A DNA stretch of 63,577 bases, filler included, from Lenisia limosa (GCA_001655205.1; 13 parts of 13 records of this genome joined end to end with filler, not necessarily neighbours in it), one strand, 5' to 3'. Shown: positions 1 to 12,467, counted from the whole stretch's first letter. The notes: generated by a model not told the origin, from the letters alone. Numbers and translations: made by a program.

Positions 1-60
<60 letters not shown>

Positions 61-705
61 AGCAGTCAGCCCGAGGGCCGTCCACCTCCTCCACTGCTAG
101 CACATCCAGGCAGTCACAATCGGCCCACGCACCCGACCCTTAGAGCCAATCCTTATTCCGAAGTTACGGATCTATTTTGCCGACTTCCCTTACCTACATT
201 ATTCTATCGCCTAGAGGCTGCTCACCTTGGAGACCTGATGCGGTTATGAGTGCCAGGTGTGACGGTTCAAATAGTCGCCTTGCGATTTTCAAGGGTCGTC
301 CTGTCCCCCCCTCTCCGCCTAAAGCGATTCCGGGGGCACAATGGTTACGGCTTGTTAACAAGAAAAGAAAACTCTCCTCGGGACTCCTGCCAACGTCTCG
401 CAATTCGTTTGTGTTACCACATGTGGTGTTACGCACGACCTGGTTCAGGAATATTAACCTGATTCCCTTTCGGAGGGTGGAGACGGCCAGACCCGAAGGC
501 CCGGCCGGACGTCTCACTTTTAAACGGCGTTACCCTCGCCCTTAGGACCGACTCACCCGTGTCCAACTGCTGTTCACACGGAACCTTTCTCCACTTCAGA
601 CTTCAAAGTTCTCATTGCTACTACAACCAAGATCTGTACTAGGGGCCAATCAACGCAGCCTCACGGCCAACGCTTCTTCTCAACCCCCACGCCCTACTCT
701 TCTAG
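1..705 (-). rRNA. LSU (28S) rRNA internal fragment, probably a degenerate copy
   Basis: Reverse complement of conserved LSU blocks: tgacgaggcatttggctaccttaagagagtcatagttac, ccttagagccaatcctt..gaagttacggatctattttgccgacttccctta, ggaacctttctccacttcag. Conserved segments are missing internally and homology stops near 705. Confidence 0.9.
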
Positions 706-734
706 GCGTCTTAAAAGCAAGTCGCCAACAAAAA

Positions 735-1005
735 GATGTCCAATATGATGTTTCAGTTTCCATAGTAAGGCGACCTTAAAAAAGTGAAGCCTTTTGCTCA
801 ATTTATGCGTAATTACATATAGTATTTGATATGTTATAGTGTTTCTTTTCTGTTCTTTCTAAAAGGTGAAGTCAAGTTTTGTTGCTACTTAAAAAGAATT
901 CTACAAAATGTAACTGCAGTATTTATAGTCTTTTTGTTTATTTTTTCTTCCTTTTTCTGCTTTCTGAAGTTGAGATGGTTTTCCTCATGGGACCCCTACT
1001 GCCTT
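735..1005. repeat. Dispersed repeat, second copy at ~5585-5890, partial inverted copy at ~7690-7780
   Basis: cagtttccatagtaa(a)ggcgaccttaaaaaagtgaagc...gatggttttcctcat is shared by both direct copies. Confidence 0.85.
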
Positions 1006-1879
1006 GAATTGAAGAGAAGCCCTACGAAGAAATGGGTCCGTGTTCTAAAGTTGCGATGCGTAATGAGGTCTCTGTTTCAAAATGTTGGAAGACTTTTCAA
1101 AGAAGAAGCGTCACAACACCGGAAAGGCAATTCCACACTTCACTTCATCAAGGTCAGCTGACAATTTTGTTTTTTTTCCCTCCAGACACTTTGTAGCTAG
1201 CTTGGATGCTCTTCTTGCTGAATTTATAACTTCTTGGTCAAAAGCGTCATTTATTTAAGAGCCACCAATCTTTTTATGGCTAAATCCGGAGTCCACTTAA
1301 ATTGCAAGAAATATGCACTTTACTAAGAGAACTTGGAAAACAATATTTTCTCGTTTTCTAGGTATTAACTTTTCCTGAAATATTGGTCAAATCGTATAGG
1401 TTTCAAGTCTAAATTACCCATAAAAAGTGCTATTCCATTAATTTAGATGATGATTTCACAAAGTGGTGTAAAACAGAGACATTACTGTGTCCTATAAAGG
1501 AATTCAGCTAATCTGGTAACCATTAAACTCAAAATTATACATTTGTCCACCGCAGAACAAAAATTGTATAAAATTGTTCAGAGAAATTAAGCAGACTCCC
1601 GCTTTAAAAAGAAACTTCAAGAACACAGACAGGTTGTTTTTGTGAATTTTTAACTAGATTTGATGAACTCTTCAAAAATGACCATCATGCGCCGAACTTT
1701 TGCTGCTAAGAAGCATCTTCTGATCTAGTGCTCCCAAGAAGGAACCTGTTAGTTGAACAAGTAAAGATTGATGCATACCTCTTCAACTTCAATTCCATTA
1801 TCATAGAAGGGTATCGGAAAATAGGCATGTATATGTGAATATATGCACCACGCAAGTGAAATCTCCTACCTTAGTTAAA

Positions 1880-2560
1880 TTGAGAAGGCGCCTCAAGCGT
1901 GTCAAAAAGGACCTCCTGGAATCCACCGTAAGCAAGACCTCGGTGAAAACATACAAGTCCGGCATCAAGTCGCTGCTGCGAGAAAGAGAAAACGAAACCA
2001 CTTCCCATTACAGAAGAGAAAGTTTATCATTGTTATGGTAACATTATAAAAATTTGTACGTTGAATTATGATTGGCCTACATCTCCCCGCACATGAAGGG
2101 AAGACAGACCTGCTCAGGCTATGTTTCCGTTCACGCCCATTACGCAGCCATAAATGGCCAGCCCCACCCCATCAAGGGACGTTATGCAGCCCAAAGGTAT
2201 AATAATTACGAGTCCATACCTTACTAATTATCCAGAATGATCCTGAGCATCAATAAGGCCAACAAGTCCAAGCCAGTGAAACAGGCCCCCGATATGTCCT
2301 CCGCCCAGTTTCATTAGCACGAATGCACTCGCCCCCCAACTGGCCCCAACAAGAAGAAGAACATCCTCATCCGAGCCATTTACCTCGCAGGCTACTACGG
2401 AATTTGCCGCATGCATAGACAACAAGTTTGACGGCGATGAGGCCAGTATGACAGTGAAATTTACCAAGAATTCCCTCACTCCCCCGACACCTTAACCTAC
2501 TAGTCCTCTCCCCTCCTTGATCATGCTCTCCGAGCCCTCCAAGCCCAGTCCGCCGCTAAC
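1880..2560 (+). mobile_element. Degenerate tyrosine recombinase (DIRS- or Crypton-like), with frameshifts and stops
   Basis: Translated pieces in the expected YR order: LLESTVSKTSVKTYKSGIKSL, LPITEEKV, GYVSVHAHYAAINGQPTP, RMILSINKANKSKPVKQAP, ILIRAIYLAGYYGICRM (resembles the AF..GFLR catalytic-Arg motif). Confidence 0.5.
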
Positions 2561-3850
2561 CCAGCCAACGGCATTAATTCGAATTAACGACATAATTTTG
2601 GACTATTTAAATATGGCAGTTTTTCAGAAAAAATATGAAATTTTTTACTCATTTCAAAAATTTCCATGTTGGGAGCTGTTTCATATAAAATGTTCGATAA
2701 CAAACAATAACCGAGTTGTCTGGACAAGGTCATCGGCAACTTGGTCAGAAAGTTGAAAAAATGCTATGTGATTTGAATCTGTACAAACTGTGAAAATATA
2801 CTCATACTATAGGACCTTACACTGGTATCATGACAGTACCACCTGAAATTAATCCTGAGGATTTTTCCAGAAGCCTACCAAATGTAATAAATGTGAAGCT
2901 TGTCTTCCAATTTTGGATAGCTTATCTGGAAACAGCGGTGCCTGAAAAACGTAAATCAGTTTACAAAATACTGTTATCTTTGATGGGTTTATTTTAAAAA
3001 AAAGAGAAATTATAAAGTGAAGCCGGATAAAATTTGAGCTCAGGTTTCAACCCTGTTTTCCCAATTAGGCAAGTATCGAACTTTCTGGAACATTTGGGTC
3101 ACAAATCAAAAAAATATCGCAAAAGTTATGAAACTTCCGCAAACTTAATTCCAAATCTAAAATCACAGTAGCAGCAAGATTAAGTCATGATTTTTGAAGA
3201 AAATTGGCCTGGGCTCCCGGCCCAGAGTACCAAATTTCCTGGAATTTCTGTGAAATTTTACATCTGGTTATTATTTCATTTTTCCAATGGTTTTTAATGA
3301 TGTTCACGTTTATAAGAGGGCAACTGTTCAAAAAGTTTATAAAAAATCGGGTAAAAATCAGGTTTAGTATCGGAAGCATACATAGATAGCCGTTCTTCTT
3401 GTCGTATGTTGCTAGTCATTTCTTTTCTTTGTTTCATTAAGTTGGTACTTACACGTGATGTAAGCACTTGTTTGAAATTAATACATTTTTTTAGTTATAA
3501 TTGGGGCTTCATTATTATTAGCATGTGTTTCATGTTTATGGTATTAGCTACAGAAACTTTTGCAGATTTTTTATTATTATTTTGTTTTTATGTGTGTCGT
3601 TTGTTGAACAACCCACCCCTATTTTTGGTTGTTTTGCTTTCTGATTTTTTTCATTTTAATGATGGGACATTTTTTGAAGAAACTAATATGATGGAAACAG
3701 AAACATTATATTGGACATCTTGGCTCCAGTTCACTGAGTTTAAGAAATGTTTTTTAATGACGAATTTCTACCTTTTTGCTTTAGATCACTCAAAATTTGA
3801 CATTTCTCAGATTTCACCGAGGCAAACGAGGATAGCAGAGTGAGAACCGA

Positions 3851-4572
3851 GCCTTCATAAAAAGCTTCTTGTGGATGGATGGTTATTGGTAAATGTGTCA
3901 AAAATGATTAATGTTTGATGTGCTATATGAAATCACTCAGTCAAACCATATATATGCATCTCTGAAACCCAATGTATTCCGTATTTCCATATGCTTCAAA
4001 ACAGTCATATTTGGGAGAAAACGAAAGGGAAACGAAAGGGAAACGCTATTTAGAGAAGAGTAAAACATTGCAAAAGTCACATTTATGTGACAAATCTCAT
4101 TTTGTATGAGAAATGTCATATTTGTGTGAAAAAATGCCATTTTAATTTGTTAAGTCATATTAAAATGACATTTTCCATATCTGGTAATCATATACAGACA
4201 TCAAAAGTTGCAGGGCTTTTGTTATCACTTGGCTCAATTGAGCAATAACGTGTAAATAAATCAGCTGATCTAAAGATATTTCTGCTATGTTCATGCTTCC
4301 TTCTGTACCTTTCTTCCTTCTTTTTGGTCGTATGATCAGATTTTTTTTTTTATGAGGATTCAGGATCTTCCCATAAGATCTCTCTCAATTGTTTTCTCTC
4401 AAATATGACAGTTTTGAACCATATGGGCAAGAAAATATTAGCAATAATTGGTAATAATTTGAGTTCAGAAATGCAATTGGGACTGCGTGACACCACACAG
4501 TAAATCAAAAATTAATCCTTTTAGAAACATTTACCAATAACCATCCATCCCAAGAAGCTCTTTAAGAAGGCA
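3851..4572. repeat. Inverted-repeat pair (~46 bp arms) around ~630 bp
   Basis: ccttcataaaaagcttcttgtggatggatggttattggtaaatgt (3851-3896) versus acatttaccaataaccatccatcccaagaagctctttaagaagg (~4527-4570). Confidence 0.7.
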
Positions 4573-6280
4573 AAAAGCAGACAGGTCTAAGGAGATCGTT
4601 CAGCCATTGAGAGAGATCTTACGGGAAGATCCTNNNNNNNNNNATCTTATCTAAGTCATTACTTTTCAAAACTTCATTTATAAAGTAAAGATCAGCTAAC
4701 TCAAGATCCTGTCGGGACAAAGGGGATAAGAAGGGGGGTAAAGAAGGAAATATGACAGAATCACTTGTGAATATAATAAATGATAAGTTCCACAGGTAAA
4801 TATGATGATTTCCTTGTGATTGTATCATTTTTTCTTTCCCATTTGGGTGAGAGTAGTTGGCTTTGAGGAATGGGAATAAAAAAAGGAAGAAATCATCAGA
4901 GAGCCTCAAAATACGCAGCAAGAGAAACAGAGGACCGGGGGATGAAGATCGGTTCAGGGATCAGGATCAGATCAATGAATGAAGCAGCGAGGTGCAAAAA
5001 CTGCTTGGATGCATTGGTAAAGTTCTTCAAATGCTCTAAATGATCATAATACAGGCAGAGCAGTAGGGAGCAACCAGAAGAAGAGGAAAGGAGATCATTC
5101 CCTCGTTCTTCCCTCTGAACATCCTTCAGTTATCAATTTAAAAAATTCACTCCGCCATATCCACTCGTGGATATATGGCACAACATATACACATGTGAAT
5201 TGTTGGAACGTCATTTTCTACTGTGGTTTTGATCATTGTTTCATATTTTTTGTCATAGTTTATTTTTAAAGTAAAGTTCAGCTAATCCAAGATCCTTTCC
5301 GGACAAAGGGGATAGTGGGAGTAAGAAGGGGGGGGGAGAAGAAATATGATAGAATTACTAGTGAATATGTTATGTCATATCCCCCAGGGAACGTATTCCA
5401 AGATTTCCGCGGTTGTTTTAAGGAGGTTCCGAGGGACGAACGAAGCATAGTGTCGAGGGGGTATGAGCTATCATAAACATGATGAAATATGAGAAATATC
5501 ATTTTTGAGTCATCTCAAGCAAAAAGGTCGAAATTCGTCACATAGAAAACAATTGTCAAAATTCAGGTAAGCAGAGCCAAGAAGATGTCCAATAGGATGG
5601 GTCAGTTTCCATAGTAAAGGCGACCTTAAAAAAGTGAAGCATTTTGCTCAATTTATGCGTAATTATGTCAAGGCAGCCGTTCAAAATTCTGGCTATTTCA
5701 CTGATTCTCGAGTGTTTCTTTTCTGTTCTTTCTAAAAGGTGAAGTCAGGTTTTGTTGCTACTTAAAAAGGATTCTACATAATGTAACTAATGTAAAGTGA
5801 TGCAGTACATATAGTTTTTTTTTCTTCTTCCTTTTTCTGCTTTCTAAAGTGAAGAGATGGTTTTCCTCATTGGATCCTCTTACTGCCTTTCTTTGAAGCA
5901 AGATCTTGCTTAACAAGAAGGTTTTACTGATCAGCATCCGAAATCCTTCAATTCTAGAGCAGTGTTTATTTAAAAGCAAATAATAGTCAAAAACAGAAGA
6001 AGCAACAAAAAAGAAATTAAAAGAAAAAAAATTTCTTTATGTATCAAATTAACTGAACTGAGGTCACCCAGTTTACTAAAGTACCCCTAGGTTTATTTAA
6101 TATTTCAATATTTTTTTTGTTAAAACAGCATAAACTAGAGCTTTTTGAATAGTATGAACCATAATATGCATTGCGGATGTTCCGAGGGACGAACGAGGCA
6201 TAGCCCAGTGAGAACCGAGGAACCTCCTTAAACCAACCTCGAAAATCCACCCATGCCATACTCCCTCAGAAACTTTACAT

Positions 6281-6700
6281 ACCCGCGGGAATAGGATAAA
6301 TGACATATTTTGACTCATTGTTCTCCACTTGTTTCGTCATAGTTTGCGTTGTTCAGACAAAGAGAGGTGGGGGAGGGGGGATTCGCACCCTTTATTATGT
6401 GCTTAGCACTATTAACAAAATATAAGCGAAAAATAACATTTCAGGAGTTTTCCTCAACTGATCGATCAAGCTGAAGACCTGTCTTTTGGGGAGCATCATG
6501 AATGGTTTTAGAATGAATTGAAGCGTTTTTTCGTGTCGATTTAGTCTGAGAAATTGAGGTTTTTGAACATTTCTTTCTACCATTTGTGCAGCCGAAAGGC
6601 TGCCATTTTCTTCTCTTTGTCTGAACAACGCAAAATATGACTGTTCTAACAAGTGGGGAACAATGAGCCACAATATGTCATTTATCCTATTCACGCGGGT
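6281..6700. repeat. Fold-back with ~85 bp inverted arms; arm also present at ~9040-9110
   Basis: acccgcgggaataggataaatgacatattttgactcattgtt...gttcagacaaagag versus ctctttgtctgaacaacgc...tcatttatcctattcacgcgggt. Confidence 0.75.
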
Positions 6701-9700
6701 AAAATAAATATTGTTCTTAAATATCGATAATATTCGAAGATTTATCGAGAAATTCAGGGATATTTCGTTGATAAGAAAGCTTAGGGTGGTCATCCAATAT
6801 ATAAGTTTATTTTGGCCTGACCCCATGACCCCATGAAAAAAAAAGCGTGATTAAAAGCGTGATTTTAGGCCTCAGACCCCATGACCCCATGAAGATATAT
6901 ATAGTATGTATATATAAAGTCAAAGCTCCGGACATCATTCAAAATCTCCGGACACATCAAAACTCCTGGACAGCTTGAATTTTCCCTATAAAAGTACTAT
7001 AAACGTCATTTCCCCGTTATTTTCAAGTAATTTCAGTCATAATCATATGGTAGAATGCGATTTTTACATATTTTTGGCTCAAACCCAAATTAAGACACTT
7101 GGCTACCCGTTTGCGGCCCTTAAACTGCCACAAACAACCAAAACCGTTATAATCAACCACTTCAAGGAATAAATGGCATCTGGGAAAGTTTGACCTTGAC
7201 AAGTCTTCAGCGTGATCGATCAGTTGAGGAGGAAGTTGAGAGCAACTGAACTCCTAAAATCATTATTAATCGCTTGTATTTTGTTTATAGCTAAGCGCAT
7301 AATAAAGGGAGCGAACAAAGGAGAGTGATAATCCCAGAGTGTTCTCAAAAAAACAGACTTATTATCTTTATATTTTCAACTACCCAGCAATTTTTCGAAT
7401 ACCCTTAAAAGAAACATCCTCAAAAGAAACTCTCTGAATCATCTGGATCTGTCTTCTAAAACGATTTCCACTCTAAAAAGGTCAAAAAGAAATGTTAAGA
7501 GGAAGCACACCTTTGACAGATCAGGAAGAAACTGATCACCCGAACACATTCTGAAAACTGATATTTCTTTGATAAGAAAGCTTAATAAGTGTCTAAGAAG
7601 TAGTCTTAGGCTGCAAGTTTCCAGCATTCAGCAGTAAGAAGAAAGCAAGTAAAGAACCTATTAAAGTCGATCAGTACGGTGAATACACTAACAAACCTTC
7701 TTGTTAAAAAAGATCTTGCTCCAAAAAACGCCAGGTCTTCAAGTCAAGGCAGTAAGAGGATCCAATGAGGAAAACCATCGCGAATGTTGTCAGAAATGTT
7801 TGTTATATAAGTAATTTAGACCTTTTTGCTTGAGATCACTTAAAATATGACATTTCTCAGATTTCATCGGGTATATGATAGCTTGACAGCGACCCTCGGA
7901 GATACATATGGCATTCGGGATTTCCTATATCCTCTCGGGAACAGTGTTTCCTCGGGGGACAGTCATATTTTTCTTTTTGGGGCTTCAAAAAACATCATAT
8001 TTTGTCGCGCTGATCGAACTATTAGAAGCATGAAACGTAATATACGGGGACAATGTGATTAAAAGGGGTTAGAAGGCGGGTGATTCATCGGAATGTCATA
8101 TATGGTGAATAGTCATATTTTGCGATGTTCAGAGAGAAGATAATGGCAGCCTTTCTGACTCTAAATGTTGAATGTTGAAAACTTGCAGTCGAAGACTGCT
8201 TCTTAGGCGCTTATTAAGGGTGGTCATCCAATATACTGTATATACTTACCCACTGACCCCATATCATATACATATATATTTTGGTCGCCGGCACGACCCA
8301 CCCCCCCCNNNNNNNNNNNNNNNNNNNNNNNNNNNNNNNNNNNNNNNNNNNNNNNNNNNNNNNNNNNNNNNNNNAACATTTATACTATTTATTATTTTGA
8401 CTTTTTTTCTTATTGTGAAAAAAAAAGTTATAAAAAGTTCAGTTTTCAACTGGGCACAAGAAAATATTTTTCTCCAATAAAAGTGTTCAAACTTTCAGAC
8501 ATTTGTGAAATTGTTGATTGTGTTGGACGATTACATAGAAAATGCTAAAAAAAACAGACTGTTTTTTAAAAAAAATTCAATGAGAAAACGAAGATTTGAA
8601 TGGGGAAATTGGTACAAAAATTTTCAATATATATATGTATATGTGGGTCCTTAAATCTCTGGACAGCATTCAAAATTCACCGGACACATCAAAACTCCCG
8701 GACAGCTTGAAGTTGACCACTTGTATGGGTCAACAGTAGTGTTTAATACAAAACTGGTTCGACAGATATCTTATAGAGAGAAAATGACCTCTTACTGTTC
8801 CCCAACTTTTTTTTTTCAATTTGAGCAAGTGTCAAAAATCCGTGAATTTGGTCTCCCGGGGGTGGCCCCTTTTGCCTTTTCACGGGATTTTTTTTCTAAA
8901 TCTATCCCTCTTTTAGTCTTAAGAAACAAAAATTTGCACCCCTCGGAGTAATTGGTAATGGATTCCTCTTTGCTTTGGCTATGTGATGGTGAATTTTGAG
9001 AGAAAAATGTTCAAAATGAGCATCATGAATGGGGTTAGACAAAATATGACTGTTCTCTATAATAAGTGGGGATCAATGAGTCAAAATATGTACTTCATCC
9101 TACGGGTGAAAAAATATGATAAATATCATTTTTTTCTCATCATATTCATCATATGACCCCTTAATCCTCTTTGTCACGTAAATGATGTTTTATGCTTCTA
9201 ATAATTCGATCATAGCGACAAAGTATGATTTTTCGCTAAAAAATTTAACCCAAAACAAAAAAATATGACTCGAGATTATATGATATCTAAAATATGGTCG
9301 TTATTATGAATATTTCGAAAAATAAGATATTTCCCATTTCCCTAGGGTGTAATATTATAATACATGTGTAATATATGCACATGTACTGCCTTCATTGAAA
9401 TAGGACGTGGTTTGGTCATTAGGTTTTGACATGACAAGTTATTTTGCTCAAAACCAATAAGAAAGTGGACTGGGATTGGGATTTGGTTTGATAAACTGGT
9501 TCGCTACAAATTAGAATATACAACAAAGCCCATTGACAAACACAACAAAAGAGAGTGCCAGGAAAGGGTGGTTCATAACCAGTTTTTAATTCCCTTAAAA
9601 GAATCCTTGATAATAGTAACCCTGTCTGACAAATATTATTGAGGTTTATACTCTATTTTGTTGTGTTTATATTAAAAAAAAAAAAAGCAGAGAAATTTTG

Positions 9701-9847
9701 GATTTATCGCAGGCAAATGGCAAACAGTGAGTTGATTTAATTATCTTGGTAATGAAGAGAAAGAAAAAAAATCAAGATGTGACGTGTGAGATATCCACTA
9801 TGAATTTTAGTTATTCAAACTGAACAGATCTACTTTCATGAACTTAC

Positions 9848-10604
9848 AATTTCTTGGAGTAGAACTGACGCTGGAAGTGCTAAAAAGGGATCATTATTTT
9901 GCATAAAGGCTGTTAGAGATGATTCAAAGATATCTTTTGTGTCATGGTCTTCATTTGAGACAAATCTGGCGCATTAAATAACTAAGAAACCTCCTTGCTG
10001 TTAACAAAGCCATCGATCTGATCCGATATGAGGCACTTTCACACCCCTGGTCACTTGATAATTTTATCAACTCAGGAAATAATGTTTCTCCTAATGATTG
10101 TCCTCCAAGGCAAGCAACACACTACTTAAAAAACAAACTAAACATTCAATGCAGCACCTTGAGAGGCTCTATTACTACTATGTAAATCTGAAATTATTGA
10201 ATTCACAATTAATGGAACAAGCTCATGTGTGTCATTCAGAAGCAAAGAACAAAACATGTAACCCAATGTTAGATTTGGAAAAAAAACAATAAATTTTTCA
10301 CTGTATTTTTGTGAGGAAAGAAGTTTCACTGCCTCGATAAAGCCAAAATCAATATGGTAACCCAAAAGAAAGATATAAACAAGTTTGGCACAATACTTTT
10401 TTCTTGAATAACCTGAAAATGAAAAACAACCCAATAAACCGTCTAACCCACCAGCTGAAAACTTCACTCTCACATTTGCAAGCTCTTTCTCAACTCTTAA
10501 AATAGACATACTATCATTGGCTGCGGAATAACCAAAATGATGTTACCAGATCTGATATCCGCTATAAAATTCTTTAAGCCCTTCATCTCTTTTCGACCCA
10601 CCAT
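9848..10604 (-). CDS. AP2A: AP-2 complex alpha subunit (alpha-adaptin), 5' part; multi-exon, continues leftward with uncertain structure
   Basis: Spliced reading MVGRKEMKGLKNFIADIRS..LRVEKELANVRVKF..GYSRKKYCAKLVYIFLLGYHIDFGFIEAVKLLSS..ALNCVACLGG matches the alpha-adaptin N-terminus. Introns at 10521-10546, 10413-10439, 10122-10143 and 9966-9990 are GT-AG. Confidence 0.9.
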
Positions 10605-11127
10605 ATTAATTGTGCTATTGTGAATAGTTAATTTGGAGAACTGGAGACTGGGACCATGGGGTGTAGAGTAGAGATCCTGGGGGAGCAATTTTGTATTTTC
10701 TTGAATTAGTCTACGGGCAAAAGGTCACGGTAATCTACTCTACAGCAAGGCAGGAAAATACCAAATTGAAGGACTTTTAGATGAGAACTTTTGAGAACCC
10801 AAGGTTGAAGACGCTTAAGTGAGCACTTTCAGAGGTAGATATATAAAAAGCCACATTAAAGCGAGATGTGCACCGCTTGGTTATAATGCTACTAGCCTCT
10901 CTACCCCGTAAAAAACTGTTCAATTGAATATTATCTCATTTGCCAGGCTAAAAGGCAACAGAGAGGCTGAAGCGCGACTGGAAATACCAGAGTTCTGATG
11001 TTTTTAGTCTTAAGAAAATATTTTCTTTGTTTTTTATGTTCAATTGTTGGCTTCTAAAAAAAGTTTCATTTTGTTAAGTTGAATATATTTGATATAAACC
11101 TAAATATGGTCACCAAGTTTTTGGGGA

Positions 11128-11518
11128 ATGGAAGATTTGTTCTCCAGTATCACTATCAAAGAAGCTGTCTCTGAAGAGGACGATGATTATGAGAATATTC
11201 CCAAAACCACCTTCTACTGGCTGTCAGGCTTCAAAATGGCATATTTATCCCCTATCACGTCCCTACCCGATCGCCAGCTCTTCCTCTTTGCCAAGAAGAC
11301 ACATTTGTTTGTTAAAAACATTAGGTAGGAGCACGCTTGATGGGTAAGTTGCCTCTTTCTTTAATTTGTCGTCTCAAAAATATGTGTCACTCTTCTTGTT
11401 ATGTCCTGAATTACTGTTCTTAACCTTTTAAGGTTAAACAATGTCAGTGAAAGGCAACCAGAAAACAGTCTCCCATCTTCGCCGAGACCTGAACACACCT
11501 CGAACTGCCGTGCCAAGT
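11128..11518 (+). CDS. Hypothetical protein, first two exons
   Basis: ORF MEDLFSSITIKEAVSEEDDDYEN.. ends at a GTAGG donor; the next exon (~11434-11518) stays in frame. No family recognised. Confidence 0.45.
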
Positions 11519-11544
11519 AGGATTATTTTATAAGATAGGTTGGT

Positions 11545-12467
11545 GTTTAAAACTGCGAACATGATTAAAACCGCGAAAAAGCCAAAAATCGACATAAATC
11601 GCTTCAATAACACCCTTTTTAGTGTGAAAGTTGGCAGTTTTGAGTACTAGACTATCAATAACATCAAAACAAAGAAATTTTGAGCAAAAATAATAATAAA
11701 AAAAGAAGAGATAAAAAAACGGGAAAAAAGATCTTTTGATCAGAATCGAACCCGGCCGGGGTCACCCAGTTTCCTTTATGCGAAAATAATTTTTGAAACC
11801 CCTCTTTCAGAATAATAGAACATTTTGAGCCTATTAAAGTGCCCCACTATTGAAACGCAGATTTTTAAGGAGAATTCGAATCTGGGGTCCATTTTTGGAG
11901 AAAATGTAGTGGTTTTGAGAAGTTTAAGTCAACTTTTGTAACGGTTTTTTCAAGAATTTTTCTTGTTCAGTCTCTATAATAGAGCCAATGGACGAAATAG
12001 ACGTCTGATTAAAGTATATGCTGCGTCAACAACCCAATTACCGTTCTGGAACGGCACATAAGGTAAGAGTCAAATTCGCTTGACTTATTAACATCTTCTA
12101 TCATATTTTCGCCCATTTATGGGGAGTTTACGCTCATTTTTTGCCCAATTTGTCTCGTATTCTCTACTTAAATGCCTCTAGGTTACNNNNNNNNNNTCAC
12201 ATCTGATGATGCAAGAACGTCTATCACAGGGACAATTTTGGGCCCATAATCAGTGTTTTTAATGTATTCCGCACCCATGAAGGTGGTATTTTGCATGTAG
12301 GTTGATATCCCTGCCTATTCTTATGAATAAAACCCTGTATAAAGGAGTGTTTCGGGCAATAATTTGCAAAAAATGCGAAAGAGGCGTAAATAAGGAGCGT
12401 ATTGGCTCAAAAATTGAAAGAAAAGCCTCCTTTTTGTTCGCGGTTTTAATCATGTTCGCAGTTTTAA
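11545..12467. mobile_element. Candidate non-autonomous DNA transposon with ~35 bp TIRs
   Basis: ttaaaactgcgaacatgattaaaaccgcgaa versus ttcgcggttttaatcatgttcgcagttttaa. No clear TSD. Confidence 0.5.

Noticed and set aside
177-545. ORFs of 122, 107 and 70 aa in the ORF track
   Set aside because: Shadow ORFs over LSU rRNA sequence.
1200-1800. DIRS methyltransferase or RT domain upstream of the YR (FLWLNP)
   Set aside because: Only a short motif resemblance, many stops, and no YxDD or RNase H motif.
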